Assembly (NCBI RefSeq): GCF_000372725.1
Contig: NW_005201287.1
Coordinates: 775,081 to 839,080, forward strand
Reading direction: 5' to 3'
DNA length: 64,000 nt
Origin: Emiliania huxleyi CCMP1516
Taxonomy: Eukaryota
The position numbers and the translations under genes are program-made. The notes under the pieces were generated by a model, which saw only the letters and a list, made by a program, of their open reading frames with translations, did no database searches and was not told the origin of the DNA. How positions within the stretch are numbered: position 1 is the stretch's first letter; every line of letters begins with the position of its first letter. Of this stretch, positions 35,030 to 46,651 are shown in pieces.

Positions 35030-37959
35030 ATGATGGCCCTCGCCCACCTCCTTCCCGGCGGTTCGCTCGCTGGGCCAACGTCGTTCGATCTGCTCGTCGT
35101 TGGTGGTGGCTCCGCGGGCCTGACGGCTGCCAAGTTCGCAGCTCGCTTTGGCAAGAGTGTTGCTCTGATCGAGCGAGAGCGGCTCGGTGGCGACTGCACG
35201 TGGACAGGCTGCGTGCCGTCCAAGACGCTCCTCGCGTCGGCGGAGCGGGCCCACGCCCTGCGAACGGCGGCCGAGTTCGGCGTGGCGCAGCCGGCGACCG
35301 TATCTGTCGACATGGCTGCAGTCAAGGCTCGGATCGGCCGCACCATCGGCCAGATCTACGATGCAGACGACTCGCCCGAGGCGTTGCGCGCGCTGGGTAT
35401 CGAGACGGTGAGTGGCGCGGCGACACTCGTCGACGCTCGGCGTGTCTCGGTCAGCAGTGGCGGCGGTGGCACTGCCACCGTCTACGAGGCCACCAAGGGC
35501 GTCGTTCTGGCGACGGGTGAGAGGCCTACCTTGCCTCGCACTCCCTTCGCCGTCTCCCGGACCGGAGAGCCCGCTCCTCAGGTGCTCGGCCCCGCCCGCT
35601 CGACATCCGCGGCATCGCTTCCGTGCCTCACCTCACCTACGAAGGCATCTTCAGCCTCGACACTCACCCTGACCCTGACCTGACCCTGACCCTAACCCTA
35701 AGCTACGAAGGCATCTCCAGCCTCGACACTCACCCTGACCCTGACCCTGACCCTGACCCTAACCCTAAGCTACGAAGGCATCTCCAGCCTCGACACTCAC
35801 CCTGACCCTGACCTGACCCTGACCCTAACCCTAAGCTACGAAGGCATCTTCAGCCTCGACACTCACCCTGACCCTGACCTGACCCTGACCCTAACCCTAA
35901 GCTACGAAGGCATCTTCAGCCTCGACACTCACCCTGACCCTGACCTGACCCTGACCCTAACCCTAAGCTACGAAGGCATCTCCAGCCTCGACACTCACCC
36001 TGACCCTGACCCTGACCCTGACCCTAACCCTAAGCTACGAAGGCATCTTCAGCCTCGACACTCACCCTGACCCTGACCTGACCCTGACCCTAACCCTAAG
36101 CTACGAAGGCATCTTCAGCCTCGACACTCACCCTGACCCTGACCTGACCCTGACCCTAACCCTAAGCTACGAAGGCATCTTCAGCCTCGACACTCACCCT
36201 GACCCTGACCTGACCCTGACCCTAACCCTAAGCTACGAAGGCATCTTCAGCCTCGACACTAACCCTGACCCTGACCTGACCCTAACCCTAACCCTAAGCT
36301 ACGAAGGCATCTTCAGCCTCGACACTAACCCTGACCCTGACCTGACCCTGACCCTAACCCTAAGCTACGAAGGCATCTTCAGCCTCGACACTAACCCTGA
36401 CCCTGACCTGACCCTGACCCTAACCCTAAGCTACGAAGGCATCTTCAGCCTCGACACTCACCCTGACCCTGACCTGACCCTGACCCTAACCCTAAGCTAC
36501 GAAGGCATCTTCAGCCTCGACACGCTGCCAGAGAGGCTCACGGTCGTCGGAGGAGGCGCGGTCGGCTGCGGGCTGTGCTCCTCCGCCTCCCGGGCCCTTC
36601 TCCCAACCCCCCAGCAGCCCCTCCTACTGCTAGGCCCGGTCGGGTGCGAGCTTGCCCAGGCCTTCGCGCGGCTCGGCTCGTCGGTGACCCTCGTCGCGCC
36701 TCGCCTCCTGCCCGGGCGTGGAGATGTAGCCGAGAGATCGGCCCAGATGCAGCCTCGCCTCCTGCCCACGCACAGAGATGTAGCCGAGAGATAGCCGAGA
36801 TGGAGCCTCGCCCCCCGCAGACACGAGCCCGAGGCGTCGGACGACCTCGCCGCGGCGCTGCGTGCGGACGGCGTGGCGCTGGTCGCCGCGCGTGCCGCGG
36901 CAGTGGAGGCGCGCGCGGGAGGCGGGCACGCCCTCACTTGCTCGGACGGCAGCGTGGTCGAGGGGACGGCCCTCCTCTCGGCCGTCGGCAGAGTGCCCGT
37001 CACCGAAGGCGCACCAGCCGCACCCCCTCTCCCCCCCCCGCCCCGCCCCTTCCTCCTCTCATGGACGGTGGACACGTCCGTGGCAGCGTCCGTGGCAGCG
37101 TCCGACACGTGCCACAGGTTTGGGCCTCTCTGCCCTCGGCGTCGAGCTCAGCGCCGCCACGGGAGGCATCGCTGTCGACGCTAAGCTGCGCACGACCGTC
37201 AAGGCGCGCACCCCACCCCACACCCCACCCACACCCCTTCCCCCCCGCCGCCGCCGCCACCGCCCGAGAGGGTCACACAGCTTGCTGCCGCTAGGGCGTC
37301 TACGCCGCCGGCGACTGCACCGGCGACCAGCAGTACACGCACTACGCCGGCTTCCAGGGCGCCATCGCCGCGCGCAACATCCTGCTGCCGCTCAGCGACC
37401 AAGGCGTGGCCACCAGCCGCGTGCCTGGCTGCGTCTTCACCTCGCCCGAGGTTGCGAAGGTGGGCAGACGCCCCCTCCCCCCCCCCCCCCCGAGCGAGAT
37501 ACGGGGAGATACGGGGAGATACGGGGAGATATGGGCCCCACCCACTGCCCCTGCACACACACGCTCCCTGTTGGCGCCGCCGCGCAGGTGGGGCTCACCG
37601 AGTCGGAGGCGCGGGCGGAGGGCAAGGCGGGCGGCGTGGCGGTGGCGTACCGGCGGATGGGGCAGGTGGACCGCGCCGTCACGATGGGCGAGGCCTCGCT
37701 CGGCTTCCTCAAGGTTGTGTACGAGCCAAGGTCGGGCGCCATCCTCGGCGCCACCGTGATGGGCCCCTCTGCCGGCGAGCTCATCTCTGAGATATCGGTC
37801 GCGATGGCGGGGAAGGTCAAGCTGCCCGCCCTCGCCTCGATCATGCACGCGTACCCCACCGTCTCGATCGCCCTCCAGCAGCTCGCGGCGGAGGTGTACT
37901 ACAACCAGCTCGAGGCGAGCATGCCGCTCTACAACGCCCTGTCCAGGCTGGGGCTGTGA
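35030..37959 (+). CDS. Class I pyridine nucleotide-disulfide oxidoreductase (MerA/dihydrolipoamide-dehydrogenase-like), multi-exon
   Basis: DLLVVGGGSAG, GGDCTWTGCVPSK, spliced VVGGG|PVGCELAQ, VYAAGDC, VFTSPEVA and MHAYPT. Confidence 0.9.
35637..36523 (+). repeat. Intronic tandem array: 14 copies of a 27-bp exon segment separated by 13 telomere-like CCCTGA/CCCTAA spacers (period 66-67 bp)
   Basis: ctacgaaggcatcttcagcctcgacac starts at 35637, 35703, 35770, 35836, 35902, 35968, 36035, 36101, 36167, 36233, 36299, 36365, 36431 and 36497. Confidence 0.95.
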
Positions 37960-38836
37960 GTCACTGACGGCCTCTCTATTGACTATCGTCTCAGCTAGAT
38001 GATTGTGAGACGATTCGCGTTACGTCGTGTACGTGTTAGTACTCGCTCAGGACCCTCAGCATACAGTACGTAGAGCCGTACGGCTCTCTAAGACGTCGGA
38101 CACGGAGCGCTGCGAGTTCTCTCTCTATATATAACGATCTCGTGGAGATACAGCATATACACAGAGTCGTCAGTAGAGGGAGCGGACCCTGAGTTGAGGA
38201 AATCGGAGGACGCGACCCACCTCGCCACAGACGGTCCCGCGCCTCGCCGCTATGACGGGCACACGCCCCGCACCGTCCGCTGTGTGCCCGTCTTTGTCCG
38301 GAGTGAATACTCCAACGCGCTCGTCGGTGACGGCTTCCTCCAACCTGCGCCGCGCTCGGCGAACCTCGACAGCGCTTTCGGTGGCATGCAGCTCTTTGCG
38401 ACAGAAGCCTGGAGAGCAGCTCCTCTGCTGCTCACACACTCTGCACAGCTGACACAGCCTACTGTGCGGCTGCCACAGCTGTGACAGCGATGGGCTCGCC
38501 CTCACTGGCCCTCAGTCACTTGTGCTGCGGCTTGTGTGAGCGACACTGCTCGGCGACTGCCGGCACACTGTGAGAGCTGAGACCATGGGGGGGAGGTAAA
38601 ACCACGCTACCAGCGCTTGGTCACATCGGCCCCGAGGTCAGATCCATCTACTCTCTTGATGACAAGACTTGTCTACCGGCTGGAGCCGAGCAGGAGGGCC
38701 CGGCGCACAACCCCTGGTCAACTCAGGGTCCACACCCCGTAGATAGAGCCGTCCCGTCGTGGTTAGAGAGGTGGATCAAAAATTAAAAAATCATACGTCA
38801 TCAGTGTAAGCCTAAATAAGGGGGGCGTCGCCGGCG

Positions 38837-41800
38837 CTAGGCCTTGATGGACGGCCTCGCAGCTGCAGGCGCCGCGCCCACCCCGCCGCCGCCTCTGGTC
38901 AGCTGCTCGTCGACGAGTATCTGCATGAGCTCCTCCTCGCGCGCCATGGCCTCGCGTCGCGCCTCCTCCTCCGCGCCCGCCTCGCGCTGCGCGCGCTGCA
39001 GCAACACGTGCACCCTCGGCAGCACGCGCACGCCCGTCGTCCCCAGCTCCGCCTCCAGCAGCCGCAGCAGCTCGCACGTCGACCCGCGCCGCGCCGCCGC
39101 GCCGCCGCCGCCGCGTCCTCGCGGGGAGGAGCGCGAAGCCTCGCTGAGCCTGGGGAGCCGGGGGCGGGAGGAGGGTAGAGGCGGAGGGCCGTGCGAGGTG
39201 CTGCGCGTCGAAGCGGCGTGGGGCGGGTCAGGGGGAGGTCGGGATCTCACCGCGGGTGGCGCAGCCGAAGCTCGTCCCTGCGCCGCTCGAACTGCAGCTC
39301 GCGCTTCGCCGCCTGGGCGAGCTGGAGCTGCTCCTCGAGCTGGCGGCACGTGTCGCGCAACGCCTCTCGCTCCCGTTCCGCGGGGAGGAGCGCGGCCTGC
39401 GCCTGAGACTGCGCCAGCCGCGCGTCGCGTAGCTCGGCCTATCCAGAGCAAGCCGCGCGAGCCATCCGGAAGAGACCAGCCGGCGGGGCGGCGAAGCCAG
39501 AGGACGCGCCGTCAAGCGCTCCGTCTCGCGGCTCGCCTTGAGCAGCTTGCGCGACGAGTCCTCGGCCGCGCGCCGGTGGAAGTCGGCGTGCCGGATCCGC
39601 TTCTGCAACCCGGCGAGCTCCGCGCGCAGAACCGCCCGCTCCTTGTCGGCGATGGCGAGCGCGCGCTTCCAGGAACGCACCTTCGCGGCACGCCCCTCGG
39701 CCAAAACGTCCACCGCGCCGCTAGCGAGGCCCTCACTACCGGCGACGCGCAAGGCGGGGTCGCCCGCCTCGGCGGCGACGGCGCGCAACGTCTCGATCTC
39801 GAGGCGGAGATCGCGCACGGCCGACTCGAGCTCGCCGACCACGACGCGCTGCCTCGCAGCCTCGGCCTGGCTCGCCGCGAGCTCCTACCAAACACAGCCG
39901 TCGTCGGTGAGGACGCGCCACGAGGGGTCGGCCCGCCCCTCCGGCGCCGGCGGCTCTCCTCCTCGTACACCTCAAAGAGCGAGGCGTGGCTGCCACCCGC
40001 CTCGAGCCGGCGCAGCTTCTTGCTCAGCACGAGCGCCTCCATCTTCGCGTCCTGCAGCGCCACGGCCTGCGCCGCGGCAGCCTCCCTCATCTCCAGCTTG
40101 AGCTCCTGTCCAAGGCGGCGAGAGGCGCGGTGAACAGGGGGCGCGCGCACCACCGCACCTCCGCCTCAGGGAAAGAGGAAGCCTCCACGCGACGGTGCTC
40201 CGCCCAGCGAGCCTCGTCCGCCTCCTTGAGCATGCCCAGCACCGTCTCGTAGCTCTCGCACTGCACGTCGTCGCGCCGCCTCGCCGCCGAGCCCGCTGCC
40301 GCGCCCGCCGCCGCCGCCGCCACCGCGCCGTGCCCACTCGCGGAGCCGTCGCTCGAGTCCGCCTCACTCGCACCAGCCTCGCCGTACGCGTCCGCCGCCG
40401 CCGGCGTCTCGTCCTCCGCGCCTCGCGCCGCACACCTCGGGGCGGCGTTGGCCTCGCCGCGCCCGTTGGCGCGCGGTCGACTGGCGTAGCGCGCGGTGCT
40501 GCTCGCGTGCTGTGCCGAGTACGAGGGGAGGGGCTCGTCGCCGGCGGCGGGGGAGGGGGTGGCGGAGGAGGGTGGCGCCGTTGAGGCCGACCGGCGGGCA
40601 GCCAGCTGCTCGTCGACGCGCCGCTTGAGCTCAGCGCGCACCCACTGCTTGGCTTCCTGGGCCACCACGACCTGCTCTGCCGCCTCCTGCTCGGCCGCCT
40701 CGCCAGGCGCGGCGGCGCTGCCCGGCACGGAGGCGCGCCCCGCGGCCACGCTCAGCCTGGCTAGCATGTCGCTCACCTCGAGCCGAAGCGCCTCCGACAC
40801 GTCCTCCGACGCCCACGAGATGCCCGGAGGTCCGCGCCTCTCCTCCGCCAGCCGGACCGCCGCGCCGCCGTTCGCGTGGCGGTCCTTACCACCCGACAGC
40901 ACGTCCTCCTCCTCGGCCGACCCTTCCTCCGCCCCCACCCCCGCCGCTGCCTCAGGCTCCGCCGGTTGCTCCTCCCCCTCCCCGCCCGACGTCGCGGCCT
41001 CCGAGCCCCGCCCGCCTCGCCGCCGGTCTGGCCACGCCTCCTCGATACGCCTGCGGGCAGCCAGCAGCTCCTGCTCGCGGCGGCGCAGCTCCGCGTACAG
41101 CCCCTCCTCGTGCCCCCCCTCCTCGTGCCCTCCCTCCTCGTGCCCTCCCTCCTCCCCGCCCCACCCCTCCTCCTCCCCGCCCCACCCCACGCACAGCTCC
41201 TCCTCGTACGCAGCGTCGTCGCGCCGAGGGCGGCGCACACCCACGCCGCCGCCGCCCTCGCTGCCGCTCAGCTGCGCCTCGTCGAGCTCCTCCTCGCCCA
41301 CCTCGCTCACCACCGCCCTCGTCCCTCTCGCCGCGTCGCCGCCGTGCGCAGCCTGGCGGCGCTTGCGGTTCGGCGTGGCGCGGTGCTTCGCCTGGCGGGC
41401 GGGCGCGCTGCACCGGCGCGACCAGCGACCCTCGCCGTCCTCATCGCCGCTGCCCGACGGTCCGCCGCAGCCGTTGCCCCGGGGCGGCGACAGTGGCGGC
41501 GAGCGCGGCGGCGAGCGCGGCGGCGAGCGCGGCGGCGAGGCCTCCCACTGCAGAGGAGGCAGCGGCAGCACGGCCGCGGTAGGGAGCAAGCCGAGGTCGC
41601 CGTACGAGACCTGCGGCGGGGGGAGCCGGCTTGAGGGGTAGCCCCGCAGGACAGCGGCAGGCCGAGGCCGCCGCACCTCCAGAGCGCGCATGCAAGCCGT
41701 GCGGATCGAGAGCGCGCGCGAGGCGACGCGCAGCGTGCTGCACGTGTCGAGAAAGTGGCTCGCGCCGGCGCGCACGCAAGCGAGCAGGAAGGTGCGCGAG

Positions 41801-43126
41801 CCACCGCAGAGGAGGGGCGCGAGGAGCTGGGTCAGCTTGGACTCGCGCGCCGTCTTGAGCCCGCCCGTCCCTGCCGACGCGTCGAGCTGCGCAACCTCGG
41901 CGAGCAGCCGGGTCCAGCTGAGCACCTGCTGCGCGAGGCAGCGCCGCTCGAGGTCAACCCCGCCGCCGCCGGCCGCCGCCGAAGCGGCCGGCAGAGTGCC
42001 GACCAGGTCCACCACGTGCAGCGTCGCCGCCGAGCGCCGCTCGCTGTCGTGCAGGGTCAGCCGCAGCACCTGTAGGAGAGCCACGCTGTGCAGCAAGTCG
42101 TGTCACACATCACGCACAAGCGTCAGCCGCGGCACCACGCTCGCACGGCCGGCCGTTGCTACCAACATGGGCCGCCCTCCGGCGCCGCCCGGCGCGACGG
42201 ACCAGTTGGCTGAGCGCCGCTGCGCCGTCGCGAGCAGCGAGAGCGCGTCGCTCAGCTCGGGAGCGCTCACCGCCACAAAGTCGTCGGCCGCGCGCCCTCC
42301 TCCTCCTCCGCCGCCGCCGCCGCCGCCGCGCTGCTCGGGCGCGAGGAGGTCGACGACGCTGGCGTGGCGCACCTCGAAGCAGGAGACGCCGAGCGAGAGG
42401 CGAGGCGCGCCGTCCTCGCTCGTCGCTGCCGCCTCAATCGCCTGGAGGAGGCGGTGGAGGCGGGGCGAGGTGCTGGTGATGGCGGAAGAGGCTCGGCGGT
42501 GGCAACGCTGGCGGCGGGTGGCGGCGGGTGGTGTTCTTGGGGCTCCGGGCGGAGCGGGTGCGAAGGAGGGTGTGGGTGGAGTAGAGGCGGGCGTGGCGGG
42601 AGGCAAGGGCGTCTCTCCGCCGCGCCTCGTAGACCCGGCCGAGCAGCCGCGGCACGAGGCCCATCGCGTCGGGAGGCACAGACTCGGCGTACACGGCGGC
42701 GGCGGGACCGTAGAGGGAGTAGGTCTTGCCCGCACCCGTCTGGCCGTGCGCGATGACGCTCGCGTTGAAGCCCGCCAGCCACCATTCGAGTGCCTCGCGG
42801 CCGACGCTGGCGGCCACATCGCTCTGCGTCGCGCCCCTTCCCACCGGCGCCGCCAGGGCCGCCGCCCCGCCGATGGCACCGCCGGGAGAGATGCGAAAGC
42901 GACGCACCGCGTGCGCCGCTGGCGTCGTATCCGACGTGCGCGGGTCGCGCACAAGCATGTGTGAGCCAGAGCTGCCGACTGTGACGATGGGTGCCTCGGA
43001 GGCGCGCTCGACCGGCCGGACGCGGCAGAAGACGGTGGCCTCGCCGACGCGGGTGTCACCGCCGCCAAGCGCCTCGAGCTCGGCAGACAGCTCGACGAGC
43101 TCGTCCGGAATAGCAGCGGCGTGCAT
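38837..43126 (-). CDS. Divergent kinesin motor protein with coiled-coil tail, multi-exon
   Basis: VFCRVRP, GFNASVIAHGQTGAGKTYSL, GLVPR, VSCFEV...VVDLL, LHVVDLVGT, RESKLTQLL and STLRVASRA. Confidence 0.8.
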
Positions 43127-43497
43127 TCTGGTGGCCAACGCCACCTATAGTGGCGAGCTTTAGCCACTCGCGCTCTGTGCACCGGAGCACTGCCGTTGGG
43201 GAAACAGAGAAAACGATAAGTTTATCCACAGACCCCTGGCCTTGTACGTGTGCGCGCGACTCAACGCGCCGCACCCGCGTCGGAACAAAGTCGCCGCAAG
43301 AGCCAAGTCCCAAGAGCTTTCACTCGCAGAACGTGCACATGGACATGTGGCATGCACACATGTACATGTTGTTGTTGTTGTTGTTGCAAGTTGTGAGATG
43401 CTAGGTGACATATGGAGTTCACGTCAACGGTCGCGACGTGGTCAATATGTCGTGACAGCGGCTGCGAAACGACAGCAGCAACCGACAGCAGCAACGA

Positions 43498-43550
43498 CAG
43501 CTGGTGACAGCTGGTGACAGCTGGTGACAGCTGGTGACAGCTGGTGACAG
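43498..43550 (+). repeat. 10-bp tandem repeat (cagctggtga) x5
   Basis: Direct inspection. Confidence 0.9.
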
Positions 43551-44583
43551 CCAGCTGCCAGATGTAAGTTGGTGAGAGTTTGTTTGTGAGTGGTGAAGTG
43601 AGTAGGATAAGTCACAAAGTGAGTTTTGTGTGAGATGCGCACTCTCCGTACTCCGAGAGTGGCCAGAGCTCTAGATGCTCCCGTCCGACCAGGAACAGAA
43701 GGGAGCGAGCACGGCGAACGGTCGACAACGGTCGTGCGCTGACTACCAGCACCGACCACGTGAACGCTCGGGCAACGACTGTTCGGGCGGGGTGACGGAG
43801 GCGCCAGTCCCCAATCGCTGTCCCCGGGCCAATGCGCCAAAGCCGCATCACGCCATCATGCATCGCAAGGCCCACTTGTCCGCGCGGGACGTGTTGTCCT
43901 CGACGCTCTCCCGCCTCTTGGCCTCTCGCGTGTCGGCGATGATGAAGGCGTGCCTGGCGAGCGGGCGCGGGCCGTGAGGGCCAAACCGGAGGCTCACGGG
44001 TGCAGCGACTCGGGGCTCGCATGTAATCCGCTTCCATCGCATCCATCAGAGCCGGGCGCGCTTGGAACATGGTGGAGGCGTTCAGGTCCATTGCTGCGAG
44101 GTACTCGTCGGTCGATATGTTGTAGCCGGCCGCCGCCTCCTCGACCGCCTGTCAAGACAGGGGCCGCTGCGTACCCGCCGCGAGGTGGTTGCGCGCTGGT
44201 TGGCGGCGCGCCTTCTCCCGCAGTGTCGCCCAGTGCGCGGCCGCGAGGTAATCCTTCTCCAGCCTCTCGTCCATCGAGGGAGGGCGGATGTACGCCATTC
44301 GTTCGGCTGCCGCGAATTCGTTGATGTGAGCCTCGTCAAAGTCAAAAAAGAAAGTACTGAGCCCGACTTTTAAGGGGGGGGGGTTTCTCGGTTTTTTTCA
44401 GCCCGGGCCGGTTTTTCTAAATTTACGAAAAAGAATTCAATAAGCGCCTCTTACAAAAGGCCCCCCCGTCTTGCACCACACAAATGGCATAGCACACTAG
44501 CATTTTTGGGCCGGAATAAACTTTAAAAGCCAGGGAAAAGAAAAAGCTCCGTATGTACCCCTCAATCCGACTGTCGCACGTTC

Positions 44584-46192
44584 GTGGCTTGTTGGCTCAC
44601 CCACCAAGGCTTCTCGCTCATGATCCCGCTCGCCGACTGGGCGCGCTCGATCACCCTCGGCAACGCCGCGCTCTTTCGCTTCTGGTTCTCGTATCTCCTC
44701 GAGCCGTTCAGATCCCTTCCAGTCGAGCTGTACGATGAGCAGGCGCTCGCGCAGCGGATGGCCAAGGGCGAGGCGTTCGACCTCACCCTCCCGGCGTCGT
44801 ACCCCAAGCTCTACGCCTCCGGCCTGTCCAAGCTGAACGCCTACATCGGCAGCCTCTGCCACGGCGTGCCCGCCGAGCCGATGACCAAGCAGTACCTCTT
44901 CTGGCTCGCGCGGGGCACCACCGTCGTGGCGGCCTGCTGCGGCTCCTTCGCCTCCCTCCTCCTCGCCTCGCTACTCCAGTTTTTGTTTCTGCCGTACAGC
45001 ACGTTTGTCGCCATCGCCTACGGGCTCGAGACGGTCTTCACCCTCTACACGGGCCACGCCCTCGTCTTCCCGCTCCTCAGCCTCGCCGTGCGGGCCGCCC
45101 TCCCGCCGTGGCTAAACCCGACGCTCACGCTCGACGCCCGCTTCCTCGCCCTCTTCCTCCTCGTCGACCACGCCTTTTGCGCGGTGTGCCTCGGCTGGAC
45201 GCCAAAGGGCACGCCCAAGCCCGTGCCGACGCGGCGCGTGCTCGCCTCGATGGCGTACGGCTTCCTCAACTGCAAGACGTACTACCTGGTGCTGCTCCCC
45301 GCCTGCTTCGGCCTCGAGCTCGAGCTGCTGCCGTGGCTGCTCGACGCGTCGCTCGGCCTCTCGGCCCGCGTGAGCGGCCACCTCGAGCGCTACTGGCAGG
45401 TCCACTTTTACCACATCCACAGGATGGGGCACATCACCAATGTCTACAACGACGCGCACAAGTTCCACCACTACCTGCACGACTGCACGCCCTTCGACGC
45501 GCACATCTTTGGGTCGGGGGGCGCCGCCTCCCTCCGCCCCCTCCCCACCCCCCAGCCCGCCTCCGCCCGCCTCCGACGGCACCGCCCCTCGCACCCTGCC
45601 CCCAGCGCCCGAGGAGTGGCTCATCCTCATGTCCGACCTCGCCCTCGGACTCGGGTTCGGCCTGCAGCCCGCCTCGCTCAGCGGCCACGTGCTCGGCGTC
45701 TCGTGGTACAACAAGTGCTTTGCTGCGGCCTGAACCCTCGCCCCAGCGTGCGACGCGGCTGCCGTGAGCGAGACGCCGCCGCGCAGGTGGGGCTTCCACT
45801 CGCGCTCCGACAAGCCCGCGCTGCACGGAGACAACTTCCACGCCGACCACCACCTCCGCCACTCGGTCAACTTTGGGCGCGCCGCCCCGCCCGCGGCGGC
45901 GCGAGCCCCAACGCCGCTCCCACACCGCCGCCCGCCCCTCGCGCTCCCCGCCCAGGTACGCCTACCCGCTCGAGCTGGTGATGGATACGGCGCCCAAGGA
46001 GCTCAAGGGCGTGGTCGAGTGGGACGGTGCGGCGGCCCCGCCCGCAGCGGAGAGAGGTCTGCCTCACCTTGCGTGGCTCCCTCGCCGGGCAGGGTACCGC
46101 ATGGAGAAAGTCGAGGAGGAGGGCACCGTGACGCTGCGCTTCACGCCGTGCGCCACCGCCGAGAAGGCTCTCAACAAGACGCCCTGCAAGTA
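44584..46192 (+). CDS. Fatty acid hydroxylase / sterol desaturase superfamily membrane protein (start uncertain, spliced)
   Basis: Histidine boxes FYHIHRMGH, HKFHH and HADHHLRHSVNFG; several hydrophobic helices. Confidence 0.75.
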
Positions 46193-46651
46193 GCCCAGCC
46201 CTCTGTTAGGAGGTCCCACCTTGCGCGAACTCGCCGCGCGCGGCGGCGGGCGAGAGAGACGGATCCCGCGGCTGCCAAGGGCCACGCTGCGTACGTTGCC
46301 TGCTTAGTCACTCGGGAGCGCTTTGGTCCCCCGGTTCCGGACCTCTCGTCCGCTCGTCTCCGTGTGCCCTTTTCTCGTTCAGACGTAGTGTCGAGTCTTG
46401 TACAGTCGAGTCTTGTACCGTCGGGTCTTGTACAGTGTGTGTGACTCTCCATTGTCAATCCGCATTGTACGAGCGCCGTGCGCGGGCCGCGGCGCGGCGC
46501 GACGAGAGAGGCGGCGACGGCGGAGGGGGGAGGGGGGGGGGGGGGGGGGAAAAAAAAAAGAAAACAGACAACCCAAGGGAGGGATGGGAGAACGGCACGT
46601 GAGGAGCGCGCCCAACGGTTTAAAATTTCTTCCTGCGCACGAAGTTTCCCG

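Noticed and set aside
35637..36523. CRISPR-like repeat-spacer periodicity (27-bp repeat, 39-bp spacer)
   Set aside because: The spacers are near-identical, the repeat is the gene's own coding sequence, no cas genes are present and the context is eukaryotic.
35637..36523. Chromosome end / true telomere
   Set aside because: The array is internal to a gene that continues in frame on both sides, and most units are the CCCTGA variant.
35030..37959. Mercuric reductase merA call
   Set aside because: No C-terminal Cys-Cys pair and no N-terminal metal-binding domain; only the family-level call is supported.
38170..38505. Short ORFs between the oxidoreductase and the kinesin
   Set aside because: No recognisable motif or reliable start.
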